Source of the DNA: Mobula hypostoma
Lineage: Eukaryota
DNA: 64,000 nt
Direction: 5' to 3'
Assembly: GCF_963921235.1 (NCBI RefSeq)
Contig: NC_086107.1
Span: 114,638,001-114,702,000 of the forward strand
The notes beneath the pieces were generated by a model. That model was not told the origin of the DNA. It saw nothing but the letters and a program-made list of their open reading frames with translations, and did no database searches. Of the stretch, positions 47,230-64,000 are shown in pieces. How positions within the stretch are numbered: the first letter of the stretch is position 1; every line of letters starts with the position of its first letter. The position numbers and the translations under genes were made by a program.

Positions 47230-48227
47230 ATTCAAATTTCATGCAAAAATAATATTTTGTAATTACCAAAAAATGTGATGGTCCTTGCTCACAAAAGAAG
47301 ATAAATGCAGCATCAAACACTACAACTGCATCAGGTTTCAGAAACTTGAGGATGAGTGTAGATCATCATTGACATTAGCACATCCCACCAGTTATTCTGC
47401 CCGAGGCATCCTTAATTCCAGTAGGAGCTTTCTCATCAGCTGTCATCAGTGTCTTCCTGGAACAATAACACAAGAACGATGATGTGACATCGACACTAAA
47501 GACTTATTCTGGGGTTAGATTCTCATCAGTGCATTTCTCCGCTGCTTTGTGATTAGCAGACGCTTTATCACCGCGAACCTTCAAATATTTATTGCCATGT
47601 CTTTTCTTAAAATTTCTGTAACCAGCCTGCTGAATGTTCACAATTGAAGTTTTAGTGCATCGTGATAGATCTCTGCTTGTTTCACGATCAGCATACTGTT
47701 AAGTGGCAAATGTTCACTCCGATGCTGACGAATCCACTCTTTCAATACACAATCCAGATCTTCATTTTTTGCTTCATGCAGCGTTTTTCTATTTCCATTC
47801 GACTTCTGTTCATTACTTTCAGCATAGAACAATAAGTTTGCCCTTCTGTTTCTTCAAGTCATAGTTGGTGGACATTCCAACACCATACTCCTCTGTCAGA
47901 TGCCTCGCAATTACACCTGCTGTCAAGTTTTTCCAACAACTTGACTTTCTGTGTTATAGATAAACAAATGCTTCTTTTCCTTTTGACTATTACCTATAGA
48001 GGGTAACTGAAGGCCTTTTTAACATTTTCAGCAATATCATTACAGCACAGAGCAGGGAAGAAGCACAAAACACATGGTAATCACTGTGAGTAATGCACAG
48101 AGATCTGCTGGAAACCAACTGGCTCCAACGGGTCCCACTCAGAGGATCACCTGGGCATTTTCTATTTGTGGTGTCATGTCAGTGCTCAGATTTCAGAGGT
48201 TTTCAGACAAGGGGTGTTCAAACTGTA
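47230..48227 (-). mobile_element. Tigger/pogo-type DNA transposon fragment (CENP-B-like HTH)
   Basis: QKVKLLEKLD and RKTLH.AKNEDLD.VL.EWIRQ.RSE..PL....I..QA; boundaries approximate. Confidence 0.7.
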
Positions 48228-49300
48228 CCTGTGTCAGTCTGCTGTTTATTGATTCAACTCAGTGTTCAACCCCATCATACCCTCAGTACTAATCAGCAAA
48301 CTCCAAAACCTGGGCCTCTGTACCTACCTCTGCAACTGGATCCTCGAAATAAAATCTCCTCCTCATTGACACTCAATACTGGTGCACCTCGAGGAAGCTT
48401 ACTTAGCCCACTGCTCTACTTTCTCTATATCCATGACTGTGTGGCTGGGCACTGCTCAAATGCCATCTGTAAATTTTCCGATGGCACAAGTACTACAGGC
48501 AGAATCTCAGATGGTGTCGAGCAGTGAGATCGATCAGCTAGTTGAGTGGTGTTGCAACAACAATCTTGGTGTCAGTCAGACCAAGGAATTGATTGTGGAC
48601 TCCTTGAAGGATAAGTCGAGGGAACACACACCAGTCCTCATTGAGGGATCTGCAGTGGAAAGGGTGAGCAGTCTCAAATTACTGGGTGTCAACATCTCTG
48701 AAGATCTATCCTGGGCCCAACACATTAATGCGATTATAAAGAAGGGACAACAGCAGCTATATTTCATTAGGAATTTGACAAGATTTAGTATGCCACCAAA
48801 GACTCCAGTAAATTTTTACAGATAAACCTTGGAGAGCATTCGAACTGGTTGGATCACTGTCTGGTATGGAGGCACAGGATTAGAAAGAGCTGCAGAGAGT
48901 TGTAAACTCAGCCAGCTCCATCATGGGCACTGGACTCCCTAGCGAGGAGATCTTCAAAAGGCAATGCCTCAAAAAGGCGGCACCTATCATTAGGACCCCC
49001 ATCAGCTAGGAAAAGTTCTCTTCTCATTACTACTATCAGGGAAGAGGTACAAGAGTCTGATGACAGACACTCAACATTTTAACAACAGCCTTTTCCCCTC
49101 TGGCATTAGATCTCTGAACGGACAATGAGCCCATGTACACTACCACACTCTTTATACACTACTTATTCCAGTAGTGCATAAAGAGTGGATTCATTGTGTG
49201 TATTGATTGTAATTTATAGTATTTTTAATAAGTATTGCACTGAACTGCTACCACAAAACAACAAATTTCAGGACATGTGCCGGTGGTATGCCTGATTTGA
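48228..49300 (+). mobile_element. Rex1-like LINE RT fragment
   Basis: TGAP.G..LSPLLY.LY.HDC, KTKELIVD and LGVNISEDLSW. Confidence 0.85.
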
Positions 49301-50200
49301 GTACTGTGAGCAGTTTTGGACCCCATACCACAGAAAGGATGTGCTGGTGTTGGAGAGGGCCCGGAGCAGGTTCACGGGAAGGATACCGGGAATAAAAGCA
49401 TTGATGTATGAAGAGCGTATTATGGCTCTGGGCCTGTACTCGCTGGAGATTAGAAGAACTGAAAGCTATCAAATATTGAAAAGCTTAGATAGAGTGGACA
49501 TGAGGGGAGGGCAGAAGGCATAGCCTCGGAATAGAAGGACTGACCTTTTGAACAGAGACGAGGGGGAATTTCTTTAGCCAGAGGATGGTGAATCTGTGGA
49601 ATGCATTGCCACAGATGGCTGTGGAGGCCAAGTCATTCAGTTTATTGAAAGCAGAAGTTAATATGTTCTTAATTGGTAAGGGCGTCAAAAGTTACGGCGA
49701 GAAGGAGAATGGGGTTGATGGAGCAAACTCGATGGGCCAAACTCAGCACAATAAATTCCAGTCCTAGCTTGGCCAACCTTTGGCTATAATTTAGGGACTC
49801 GACATTAAATTCCATCTGCCATTTTTCAGCCCATTTTCTCAGCTGATCCAGATCCCATTGCAGTCTTTGATAGTCTTCCTCACTGTCCACTACATACCCA
49901 ATTTTGGTGTCATCCGCAAACCTTCTGATCCAGTGTACCACGTTCTCATCCAGATTGTAGATATAGTTGATATATATCAATGGCACCAGCATCAATCCCT
50001 GGGGCACACCACTAGTCACAGACCTCTGGTCAGAAAGGCTACCATTCACTGTAAAGCCAATGTCTAATCTACTCCTGAATGCCAAGTGACTAAACCTTCT
50101 TGACCAACGTCCCAACAGGGACCTTGTCAAAGGCCTTGTTGTCCATGTGGACAACATCCACAGCATTTCCCTCATCAACTTTCCTAGTAACCTCTGGAAA
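49300..50200. mobile_element. Two CR1 fragments in opposite orientation
   Basis: + strand EYCEQFW.P..RKDVL.LER; - strand SGVPQG...FADDTKIG. Confidence 0.8.
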
Positions 50201-50329
50201 CACAGGACAGTTACCTCACACACACAGTGTAGGCATTCACCCACCGATCATCGAGTGACTGCGACTCCATGCCTGAGTGAATGGGCACCCTACCTGCTGG
50301 GAGGGCACCCCTGGAGCGCTTAACCCTCA

Positions 50330-52030
50330 GACCATGGAACAAGGGAAATGGCGCCGTGGCCGAATTTGACCTCGCTTCGGGTCACAACGGCCAGCGGACT
50401 GGGATCTGAGGATCGAGCGGGAGGAGGGGGGGCGGGGCCAGCGGACAGGGATCGGAGGACCGAATGGGGGCGGGGACAGAGGGCCGAGAGGGGCGGGGCC
50501 AGCAGACAGGGATCGGAGGACCAGACGGGAGGCGGGGCCAGCGGATCGGGATCGGAGGACCAGACGGGAGGCGGGGCCAGCGGATCGGGACCGGAACACC
50601 AGACGGGGGGCGGGGCCAGCGGATCGGGACCGGAGGACCAGACGGGGGGCGGGGCCAGCGGATCGGGACCGGAGGACCAGACGGGGGGCGGGGCCAGCGG
50701 ATCGGGATCGGAGGACCAGACGGGAGGCGGGGCCGGCGGATCGGGATCGGAGGACCAGACGGGAGGCGGGGCCGGCGGATCGGGATCGGAGGACCAGACG
50801 GGAGGCGGGGCCAGCGGATCGGGATCGGAGGACCAGACGGTGGGCGGGGCCAGCGGATCGGGATCGGAGGACCAGACGGGGGGGGGGCCAGGGCCAGCCG
50901 ACGGGGATCGGAGGACCGAACGGGGGGGGGCGGGGCCGGGAACAGAGGACAGATCGCAGGTGTAGGGCTTGAAGATTGTGCGGTGTGTGTGTGTGTGTGT
51001 ATATGGATCGCGCAAGAGCGATGGGCGGGCGGGATCAGACGACCGAGTTGGGCAGCAGGGCTCATGGTGCCGATGGGTCTGGAGGACCAAGGGTAGGGGA
51101 CGGGAAGGGGCGTCCAGTGTGGGACGTCAGTTTAAAGCCATCGATGACAGACGCGAACTGGGGCCAATCACCATTGTGACGTCGATGTTTCAGGTAGGCG
51201 GGATTGAGCCTTGTGACGTCACACAACCCTCGTCAATTAAAGCAGAGGGATAGATCGTGACTATTGCAGCTCAATTTAAATATCCTCCCTCCACCACCCC
51301 TAACGTCATCACGCCCGTAGCTCCACCTCCACGCCTTCTCGTTAACGTCCAAAACCAGTTCGCCAGTCACCTTCTCCTCTCGAACGTCATCACGCCCAAA
51401 GGCACCGGAAGCTCTCGCCCCCGTTCAGACGTCATCCAGTCCCGAGCCACCAGTAGCCCCACCTTCCCCCTCTTGAACGTCATCGCGCCCCGAGCCAACC
51501 CACCAATCACCTATTCAGCCCTTTCTTGTGTCATGACGCCAGGAGCCAGCCGGCCAATCACCACTGCCCATGACGTAATTGCGCCGGGGCCGCTGCCCTC
51601 CAGAAGAGGCGGGAGGAGGGAAGGAACTGGTCTCCAGTGAAGAAAGGAAAAGGCGGAGCGAGATCGGGACGTGGGGAGAGGAAGTCGGAGCCGAGCGCGG
51701 CGACAGGGAAGCGGCAGCTGGCCCCCGTGACACCGGTTGGTCGGCCTTTCTCCCCGTCGGGGGCACCGTGTGGGACGAAGGCGGAGAAGGAGGGCGGCGG
51801 GCGCGAGCGGAGCCGCCATCTCGGTGATGGCACCGGAGACGGCGGGCGGGCCCGCTGGCCTGACGGAGAGCGGCCGGGCGGAGACGGGTACGGCGGCCAC
51901 CACCAGCGGCAACACCACACGGAAGCCCGAGGACCGGGGCCAGCGAGCCGGCGAATGAAGCGGAGCGGCCTCTATTAAAGGCGCCGGCGCCACCAAACAC
52001 ACACACATTACTTTTCTGTCGGCGGACACT
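50330..52030. promoter_or_regulatory. Bidirectional CpG-island promoter between PHKG2 (-) and the FBRS-like gene (+)
   Basis: Very CpG-dense; perfect CRE TGACGTCA at 51214-51221; CCAAT at 51164, 51503 and 51554; ETS cores; GC boxes. Confidence 0.75.
50395..50955. repeat. 39-bp GC-box-containing minisatellite (~14 copies) in the CpG island
   Basis: Unit GGAGGCGGGGCCAGCGGATCGGGATCGGAGGACCAGACG. Confidence 0.95.
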
Positions 52031-53323
52031 TATTTATTTCCCAGCGAGAACCTTCCTCCCCCCACCCCAGGACTTTTTTTTCTTCTTCGCCTCTTCCCAG
52101 AAGTTTCCGGACGTTTAATTCTGCCCATGGCAGTAGGAGGAGCGAAGGAGCGAGAGTGTGTGTGAAGGATTTGAACTGAGTTTTCTCCCTCCCATCAGCA
52201 TTTTTTAGTTTGTTTTATTTTTTATTGAGGGGGAAGAAGTTTCCTGGTATCCCAGCGTGACATACTTACCGGTCAGGCAAGGAAGAGGAAGGGGGGCTTA
52301 GATATCTGCAACTTCGCTGTTGGCCAGGAAGAGGAGGAGGAACAGAGAGATTTCAACTCATTTTCTATCGTACACGGGGAAAAAGAGGAATAAAAAAAGA
52401 CTGAACTCATTCCCTCCCTTCCCATTCAACGTGACAGAAGTGATAGAGGAGAAGAGAGAGCATAAAACATTTAACTCATCGCTGCCTTCCCCATCAAAAG
52501 TAACTGGGTGAGGAGGAGGAGGAAATAGTTTTCATTTGCTGCTTCTGCATCCAAAGTAACAGTGGAAGCAACGGTGAAGTAGGATCAAAAAGGAATTAAC
52601 GCATTTTCTTCCCACTTCCCCACCCATTGAACGTGATAGAGGGGGACAGAATAAGGCATCAACTCATTCCTTCCTGCCCTATCCTCGTTCATCTTTAGAG
52701 GGGAGAGTAAACGAAAGACAGACTTTAACTCAACCTCACCCCTTGGTCTTCAAAGTGGCAAAGGTTGGCAAGAGAAGTGTGTGACTTTGGATCATTTCCA
52801 TCCTTCCCTATTCAGAGTTAGAAAAGGAGGAGGGCTAAAGGCTTCACTTCATTTCTCCCCCCTCCCCCGGGAAAGGCAAGGAGCATCCCAGCCTTCTGGT
52901 ATCTTGCTCAAGACGTCTCTGGGGTGTTTGTATCATTCGAAGTTGGCGGAGGTGTAACCTCACTCGTCACACTAATCATCTGCATTGTAAGGATACTCAA
53001 ATTCTCATCTGCCGAGCCTGGAGGAGACTGACTGCAACAGAGAGTGTGGGTGTGTGCATGTGATTTGTGTTCTCAGTTTTGAGGAGGTCTCATCGTAAGT
53101 CCTGGAGGATACAATTTCCTGGAACGGGGAATCGTACATTTTCTTTTTTGAAGAGGTCTTGTCTTCCCTGCCTTCTATTTAAATTAATTCCTTCACAGGA
53201 ACTTTTATTCCAGGTCCTGTTATTTCGCAACTTGAGTTCTTTATCGCAATAAGTCTTAAAGCTGGATTGCACTCTCTGCTAAGACTTTGGCCTAAGTTAA
53301 TAGACAGGTGGAGGGGATAGTAA

Positions 53324-58470
<5,147 letters not shown>

Positions 58471-58473
58471 TTC

Positions 58474-59060
58474 ATAGTCATACTTTATTGATCCCGGGGG
58501 AAATTGGTTTTCGTTACAGTTGCACCATAAATAAATAATAATAAACCCATAAATAGTTAAATAGTAATATGTAAATTATGCCAGGAAATAAGTCCAGGAC
58601 CAGCCTATTGGCTCAGGGTGTCTGACCCTCCAAGGGAGGAGCTGTAAAGTTTGATGGCCACAGGCAGGAATGACTTCCTATGATGCTCTGTGCTGCATCT
58701 CGGAGGAATGAGTCTCTGGCTGAATGTACTCCTGTGCCCAACCAGTACATTATGTAGTGGATGGGAGACATTGTCCAAGATGGCATGCAACTTGGACAGC
58801 ATCCTCTTTTCAGACACCACCGTCAGAGAGTCCAGTTCCATCCCCACAACATCACTGGCCTTACGAATGAGTTTGTTGATTCTGTTGGTGTCTGCTACCC
58901 TCAGCCTGCTGCCCCAGCACACAACAGCAAACATGATAGCACTGGCCACCACAGACTCGTAGAACATCCTCAGCATCGTCCGGCAGATGTTAAAGGACCT
59001 CAGTCTCCTCAGGAAATAGAGACGGCTCTGACCCTTCTTGTAGACAGCCTCGGTGTTCTT
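58474..59060 (-). mobile_element. Young Rex1/Babar-like LINE 3' end
   Basis: Open peptide MLRMFYESVVASAIMFAVVCWG...KSFLPVAIKLY. Confidence 0.85.
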
Positions 59061-61665
59061 TTTTTTTCTGCTTTGAACTTGCCCCCTTCACCTGAAATGT
59101 ATACCCTTTAGCATTGAGACATTTCCACCGGGGGGGGGGGAGATAGCAGATGTCTGCTCTAACTATGCCTCCCAGTGTTGTAAACCTTTATCAGGTCTGT
59201 CGTCAGCTTCTGAAAGCAACCCCAGTCTGTCTAGCTCATGCTCTCAAGTCCAGGCAGCTTCCTGCTGATCCTCTTCTGCGTCCTTTCCAAAGTCATTGGA
59301 GTTGCTGAGTCCACAGCACCAGGATGTGTTCATGGTGGGGAGGTCACCGTAGAGTGGACAACCACTGAGCAGGAAGAGGCATAGGTTGGGCTTGGAACCA
59401 AGGCACCACTACAACGTATCCAATAAGGAGAGGAGAGGCCACAGACATGGCAGAGTGTGGAACAACGCACTAACTGCTGGAGGAGCTCGGTGGGGCAGTG
59501 GGGGCAGAAAATGGGCTTGTCTCTGGAGCAAAGCAGGTTGTCGATGTAAATTGATAGACATGTATAAAGTGATAAGAGGCATAGATAGTGTGGGTAGCCG
59601 GAGACTTTTCTCCCAGGGTTGTAATGGCTAATATGGGAGGACTTGATTTTAAAGTGATTGAAGGCAAGTACAGGGAGGAGGTCAGAGTTAACTTTATTGG
59701 GATGGTGGGTGTCTGGGGTGTGCTGCCAAGGGCGGTGGAGCCAGATACCTCAGAAACATTTAAGAGATTCTTAGGCACATGTGAGCTGGATTTCAACATT
59801 TAAGAGAAGTTTGCATAGGTACATGGGTGGCAGAGCTAAGGTCTGGGTGCTGATCGATGGGAGTAGGCAGTTTAAATCGTTTGGCATGGACTAGATGGGC
59901 TGAAGTACCTAAATCTGTGCTGTATTCCATTAAGAATTTGCGGACATGGATGAAAGAAAAATGGAAGCATTAGGTTCTGGAGTTTGCATATTCACCCTGT
60001 GACTGGATGGGCTTCTCCCTCAGTGATACTGTTCCTTCTCAACGACGTGGAGGATTGGTGGGGTAATTAGCTGCTGTGAATGGAGGCACTCACCACCACC
60101 CCCCCATACGGGTGAGGGGTGTAATCTCAGGATCGGGTGGAAGTGTGCTGAGTGAAGTGAAGATCAGTGTAAACAGGTGTTTGATGCTCGGGGAGGTGCA
60201 GTGAAAATCGACCAGGTCTCCTTCCCCCAGGGTAGGGAACTCTAACGCTAGGTGAGGGGGAGAAATTTAAAGGGGGTGTGAGGGGTAAGGCCGGTGGAAC
60301 TATTTAGGAGGTGCCAGAGGAACGGTCTGAGGCAGGTGAAGTAACAACAGTTGGAAGAGCCGGTTCAGAAGTATATGGACAAAATGCAGGCAGTTGGGGC
60401 AGCTCAGATGGGAATCTGGGGAGGCACTGGTGAGTTGGGCCAATAGGCGCATGGATGTAAAAAAAAATGGAAGCGTTAGATTGATCATGGAGAACCAGCT
60501 GGAGGTGGATCTGCCTTCAGCAATGCAAATCGCCCTGCAGCAGAGCAGTCCTGCCCTCTGCAACGAAACCTGGATCACACCCCTTCGGGTTATGTCATGT
60601 CACTGATGCTCTCCCAGGTTTAGGAAGTTGGGCACGGGTCAGCCGAGCCCCTGCAACTCAGCCAAGTTTTAATGTGTTCCTGGATGATAGAATCCTGTGG
60701 CCCATATTGTCTGTTCTGACCCTGGAGGCATTTTATGCTGACCCCAACTGCCCGCTGTGTTCTGTACCACTCTCTGCATTTTCTATCGGTGGTACCTGTC
60801 CCGGTGCCCTTCAAACTAACCCTTCCTGCCTCTTCTGATTGTACATGCCCTCTTGATCTGAATTCCTCAGCCATCCCCCCCCCCGCCCCACTAATTCTCA
60901 CCTTCCCAGCCTCTATCGCTACTCCCACTCTCCCGTTCTGCCTGTGAACCTACCTTACCTGGTCCCTCCACCCTTTCCCTCACCTTTTCATAGAATCAGT
61001 CTTTTTTTGTAAACATCTTGCATCGTGAATTTTGTTTTGTGACAGTAGAGCAGTACGAAGACGTGAAATTATTGTGTGTTAGAAAATAGAGCAAATGAAA
61101 AGAATGAAGAAAATGGTTCATTTAGGAATCTGCTGGCAGAGGGGAAGAAGCTGTTCCAGAATCTGTTGATGCCCAGGAACTTGTAGTTGCTCATTCTTTC
61201 CACTGCTGGCACCCCAGCAAGCACTGGTGTGTGTTCTCTCAACTTCCCTTTCCTCACATCTGCAGTCATTTCCCTGGTCTTGCTGACGGCGAGTGCAAGA
61301 AGTAGAAGGTTGCTAGACCATTCAACCGGGGAAGAGAGCAGGTTGAGGTTCTGTGAGGAGGGTGGTCCTAATCCCATTTTATTTCTGAGTGGATTAGAAA
61401 TACTATCTCATTACAGGGTACTGCAATTTTTTTCGAAAGTGTTCCTTGCTTAGAATCTTTTTGTTTATGATACTGCTTGAAGCTGAACACAAGTAGTTTC
61501 AGACTAGTTGTATCATGTAGGGATTCAGATCCTGCTTTGCAGGATATCGCAGTGGCAACCCATTTTAATTCCACTTCCCACCCCCATTTTGATATGTCCA
61601 TCCATGGCCTCCTCCACTGCTGGAATAAGGCCACATTCAGGTTTGAGGAACAACACCTTATGTTC

Positions 61666-64000
61666 CTCACCTTTGTCCCCCTTTGCCCACACCTCAGCGA
61701 GTTCCGTGTTCGCCATGACGCGGAACTCTTCTTCCGCTGACTCCGTCTCCAAGCCTACTTCTTCAGCAAGGACTCTTCCACCCCCACCGATGACCCCTTT
61801 TCCCGTCTTCAACCCTCCTCCTTTTCATGGACACCCCGCTCTGGTCTTCTGCCTGCTCTGGATCTCTTTATTGCTAACTGCCGACGGGACATCAACCGTC
61901 TCGACTTCACCGCACCTTGTCCCCATTCCAACCTCACTCCTTCCGAACGCTCTGTTCTCCACTCCCTCCACACTAATCCTAACCTTACTATAAAACCCGC
62001 CAATAAGAGGGGTGCTGTTGTAGTCTGGCGTACTGACCTCTACCTTGCTGAGGCACAGCGACAACTCGTGGATACCTCCTCTTATTTACCCCTCAATCGT
62101 GACCCCACTAAGGAGCACCAGGCCATTGTCTCCCACACCATCACCGACTTTATCCGCTCAGGGGATCTCCCATTCACTGCTACCAACCTTATAGTTCCCA
62201 CACCCCGCACTTCCCGTTTCTACCTGCTACCCAAGTTCCACAAACCTGCCTGTCCTGGCAGACCCATTGTCTCAGCTTGCTGCTGCCCCACTGAACTCAT
62301 TTCTGCATACCTCGACACGGTTTTATCCCCGCTTGTTCAATCCCTTCCTACCTATGTTCGTGACACTTCTCACGCTCTTAAACTTTTTGATGATTTTATG
62401 TTCCCTGGCCCCCACCACTTTATTTTCACCATGGATGTCCAGTCCCTATATACTTCCATCCCCCATCAGGAAGGTCTCAAAGCTCTTCGCTTCTTTTTGG
62501 ATTCCAGACCTAACCAGTTCCCCTGTACCACCACTCTGCTCCGTCTAGCGGAATTAGTCCTTACTCTTTTAATAATTTCTCCTTTGGCTCCTCCCACCTC
62601 CTCCAATCTAAAGGTGTAGCTATGGGCACCCGTATGGGTCCTAGCTATGCCTGCCTTTTTGTTGGCTTTGTGGAACAATCTATGTTCCAAACCTATTCTG
62701 GTATCTGTCACCCACTTTTCCTTCGCTACATCGACAACTGCATTGGCGCTGCTTCCTGCACGCATGCAGAACTCGTTGACTTCATTAACTTTGCCTCCAA
62801 CTTTCAACCTGCCCTCAAGTTTACCTGGTCCATTTCTGACACCTCCCTCCCCTTTCTAGATCTTTCTGTCTCTGTCTCTGGAGACAGCTTATCCACTGAT
62901 GTCTACTATAAGCCTACTGACTCTCACAGCTATCTGGACTATTCCTCTTCTCACCCTGTCTCTTGCAAAAATGCCATCCCCTTCTCGCAATTCCTCCGTC
63001 TCCGCCGCATCTGCTCTCAGGATGAGGCTTTTCATTCCAGCGCGAGGGAGATGTCCTTTTTTAAAGAAAGGGGCTTCCCTTCCATCATCAACTCTGCTCT
63101 CAAACGCATCTCCCCCATTTCATGCACATCTGCTCTCACTCCATCCTCCCACCACCCCACTAGGACTAGGGTTCCCCTTGCCCTTACCTACCATCCCACC
63201 AGCCTCCGGGTCCAACATATTATTTTCCGTGACTTCCGCCACCTCCAACAGGATCCCACCGCTAAGCACATCTATCCCTCCCCCCCCACCCCCTGCTTCC
63301 CGCAGGGATCGCTCCGTATGCAACTCCCTTGTCCATTTGTTCCCCCCATCCCTCCCCACCGATCTCCCTCCTGGCACTTATCCTTGTAAGTGGAACAAGT
63401 GCTACACATGCCCTTACACTTCCTCCCTTACCACCATTCAGGGCCCCAGACAGTCCTTCCAGGTGAGGCGACACTTTGCCTGTGAGTCTGCTGGGGTAAT
63501 ATACTGCGTCCAGTGCTCCTGATGTGGCCTTCTATATATTGGCGAGACCCGACGCAGACTGGGAGATCGTTTTGCTGAACAACTACGCTCTGTCCGCCAG
63601 AGAAAGCAGGATCTCCCAGTGGCCACACATTTTAATTCCAGGTCCCATTCCCATTCTGATATGTCTATCCACGGCCTCTACTGTAAAGATGAAGCCACAC
63701 TCAGGTTGGAGGAACAACACCTTATATTCCGTCTGGGTAGCCTCCAACCTGATGGCGTGAACATTGACTTCTCTAACTTCCGCTAATGCCCCACCTCCCT
63801 CTTGTACCCCATCTGTTATTTATTTATATACACACATTCTTTCTCTCTCTCTCCTTTTTCTCCCTCTGTCCCTCTCACTATACCCATTGCCCATCCTCTG
63901 GGTTTTACCCCCCTCCCCCTTTTCCTTCTCCCTGGGCCTCCTGTCCCATGATCCTCTCATATCCCTTTTGCCTATCACCTGTCCAGCTCTTGGCTCCATC
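61666..64000 (+). mobile_element. Near full-length, recently inactivated Penelope-like element (RT plus GIY-YIG), running past the window end
   Basis: IKPANK.GAVV, FYLLPK.HK...PGRPIVS, TMDVQSLYTSIP, MGTRMGPSYA, RYIDN, LPFLD and VIYCVQCS*CGLLYIGET; frameshift near 62570 and an internal stop. Confidence 0.92.

Noticed and set aside
47638-47832. Domesticated TIGD/JRK-type gene
   Set aside because: The surrounding transposase sequence is broken by stops and deletions.
50320-52029. Overlapping Gly/Pro/Arg-rich ORFs in the CpG island
   Set aside because: Expected in GC-rich sequence with a 39-bp VNTR; no recognisable domain.
52262-52272. U1 snRNA 5' end (ATACTTACC)
   Set aside because: The match stops after 9 nt with no U1 body. 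It is simply the complement of a splice donor.

Overview
Vertebrate nuclear DNA; the repeat content (CR1, Rex1-like, Tx1, Penelope, Tc1, Tigger, tRNA-type SINEs) suggests a cartilaginous fish, possibly a ray (inference). I assembled the genes by hand from splice sites and reading phases. CFAP119/CCDC189 is complete (+, 9 coding exons, 3505-28142, 269 aa). A convergent, divergent-sequence PHKG2 is complete (-, 9 canonical coding exons, 40902-29964, 389 aa) and may carry extra in-frame upstream exons. An AUTS2/FBRS-family gene begins at 53435-53701 (+; FBRS by synteny). A non-coding first exon near 2866-2990 (-) is probably RNF40. CFAP119 intron 1 holds a ~15 kb array of a 39/36-bp minisatellite, which explains all the giant 'ORFs' in the track. 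Main points of interest: (1) minimal hammerhead ribozymes in Penelope-derived sequence, two of them as tiny TSD-flanked insertions; (2) a palindromic AATAAA-G-TTTATT poly(A) element between the convergent genes; (3) intronic minisatellites oriented with host transcription, the largest rich in 5' splice-site hexamers; (4) a GC-AG intron with decoy donor copies; (5) an HRDVKAEN catalytic loop and a possible Pro/Ser/Thr-rich N-terminal extension in PHKG2. There is no CRISPR or prokaryotic system, and I cannot demonstrate a wholly new system from sequence alone.
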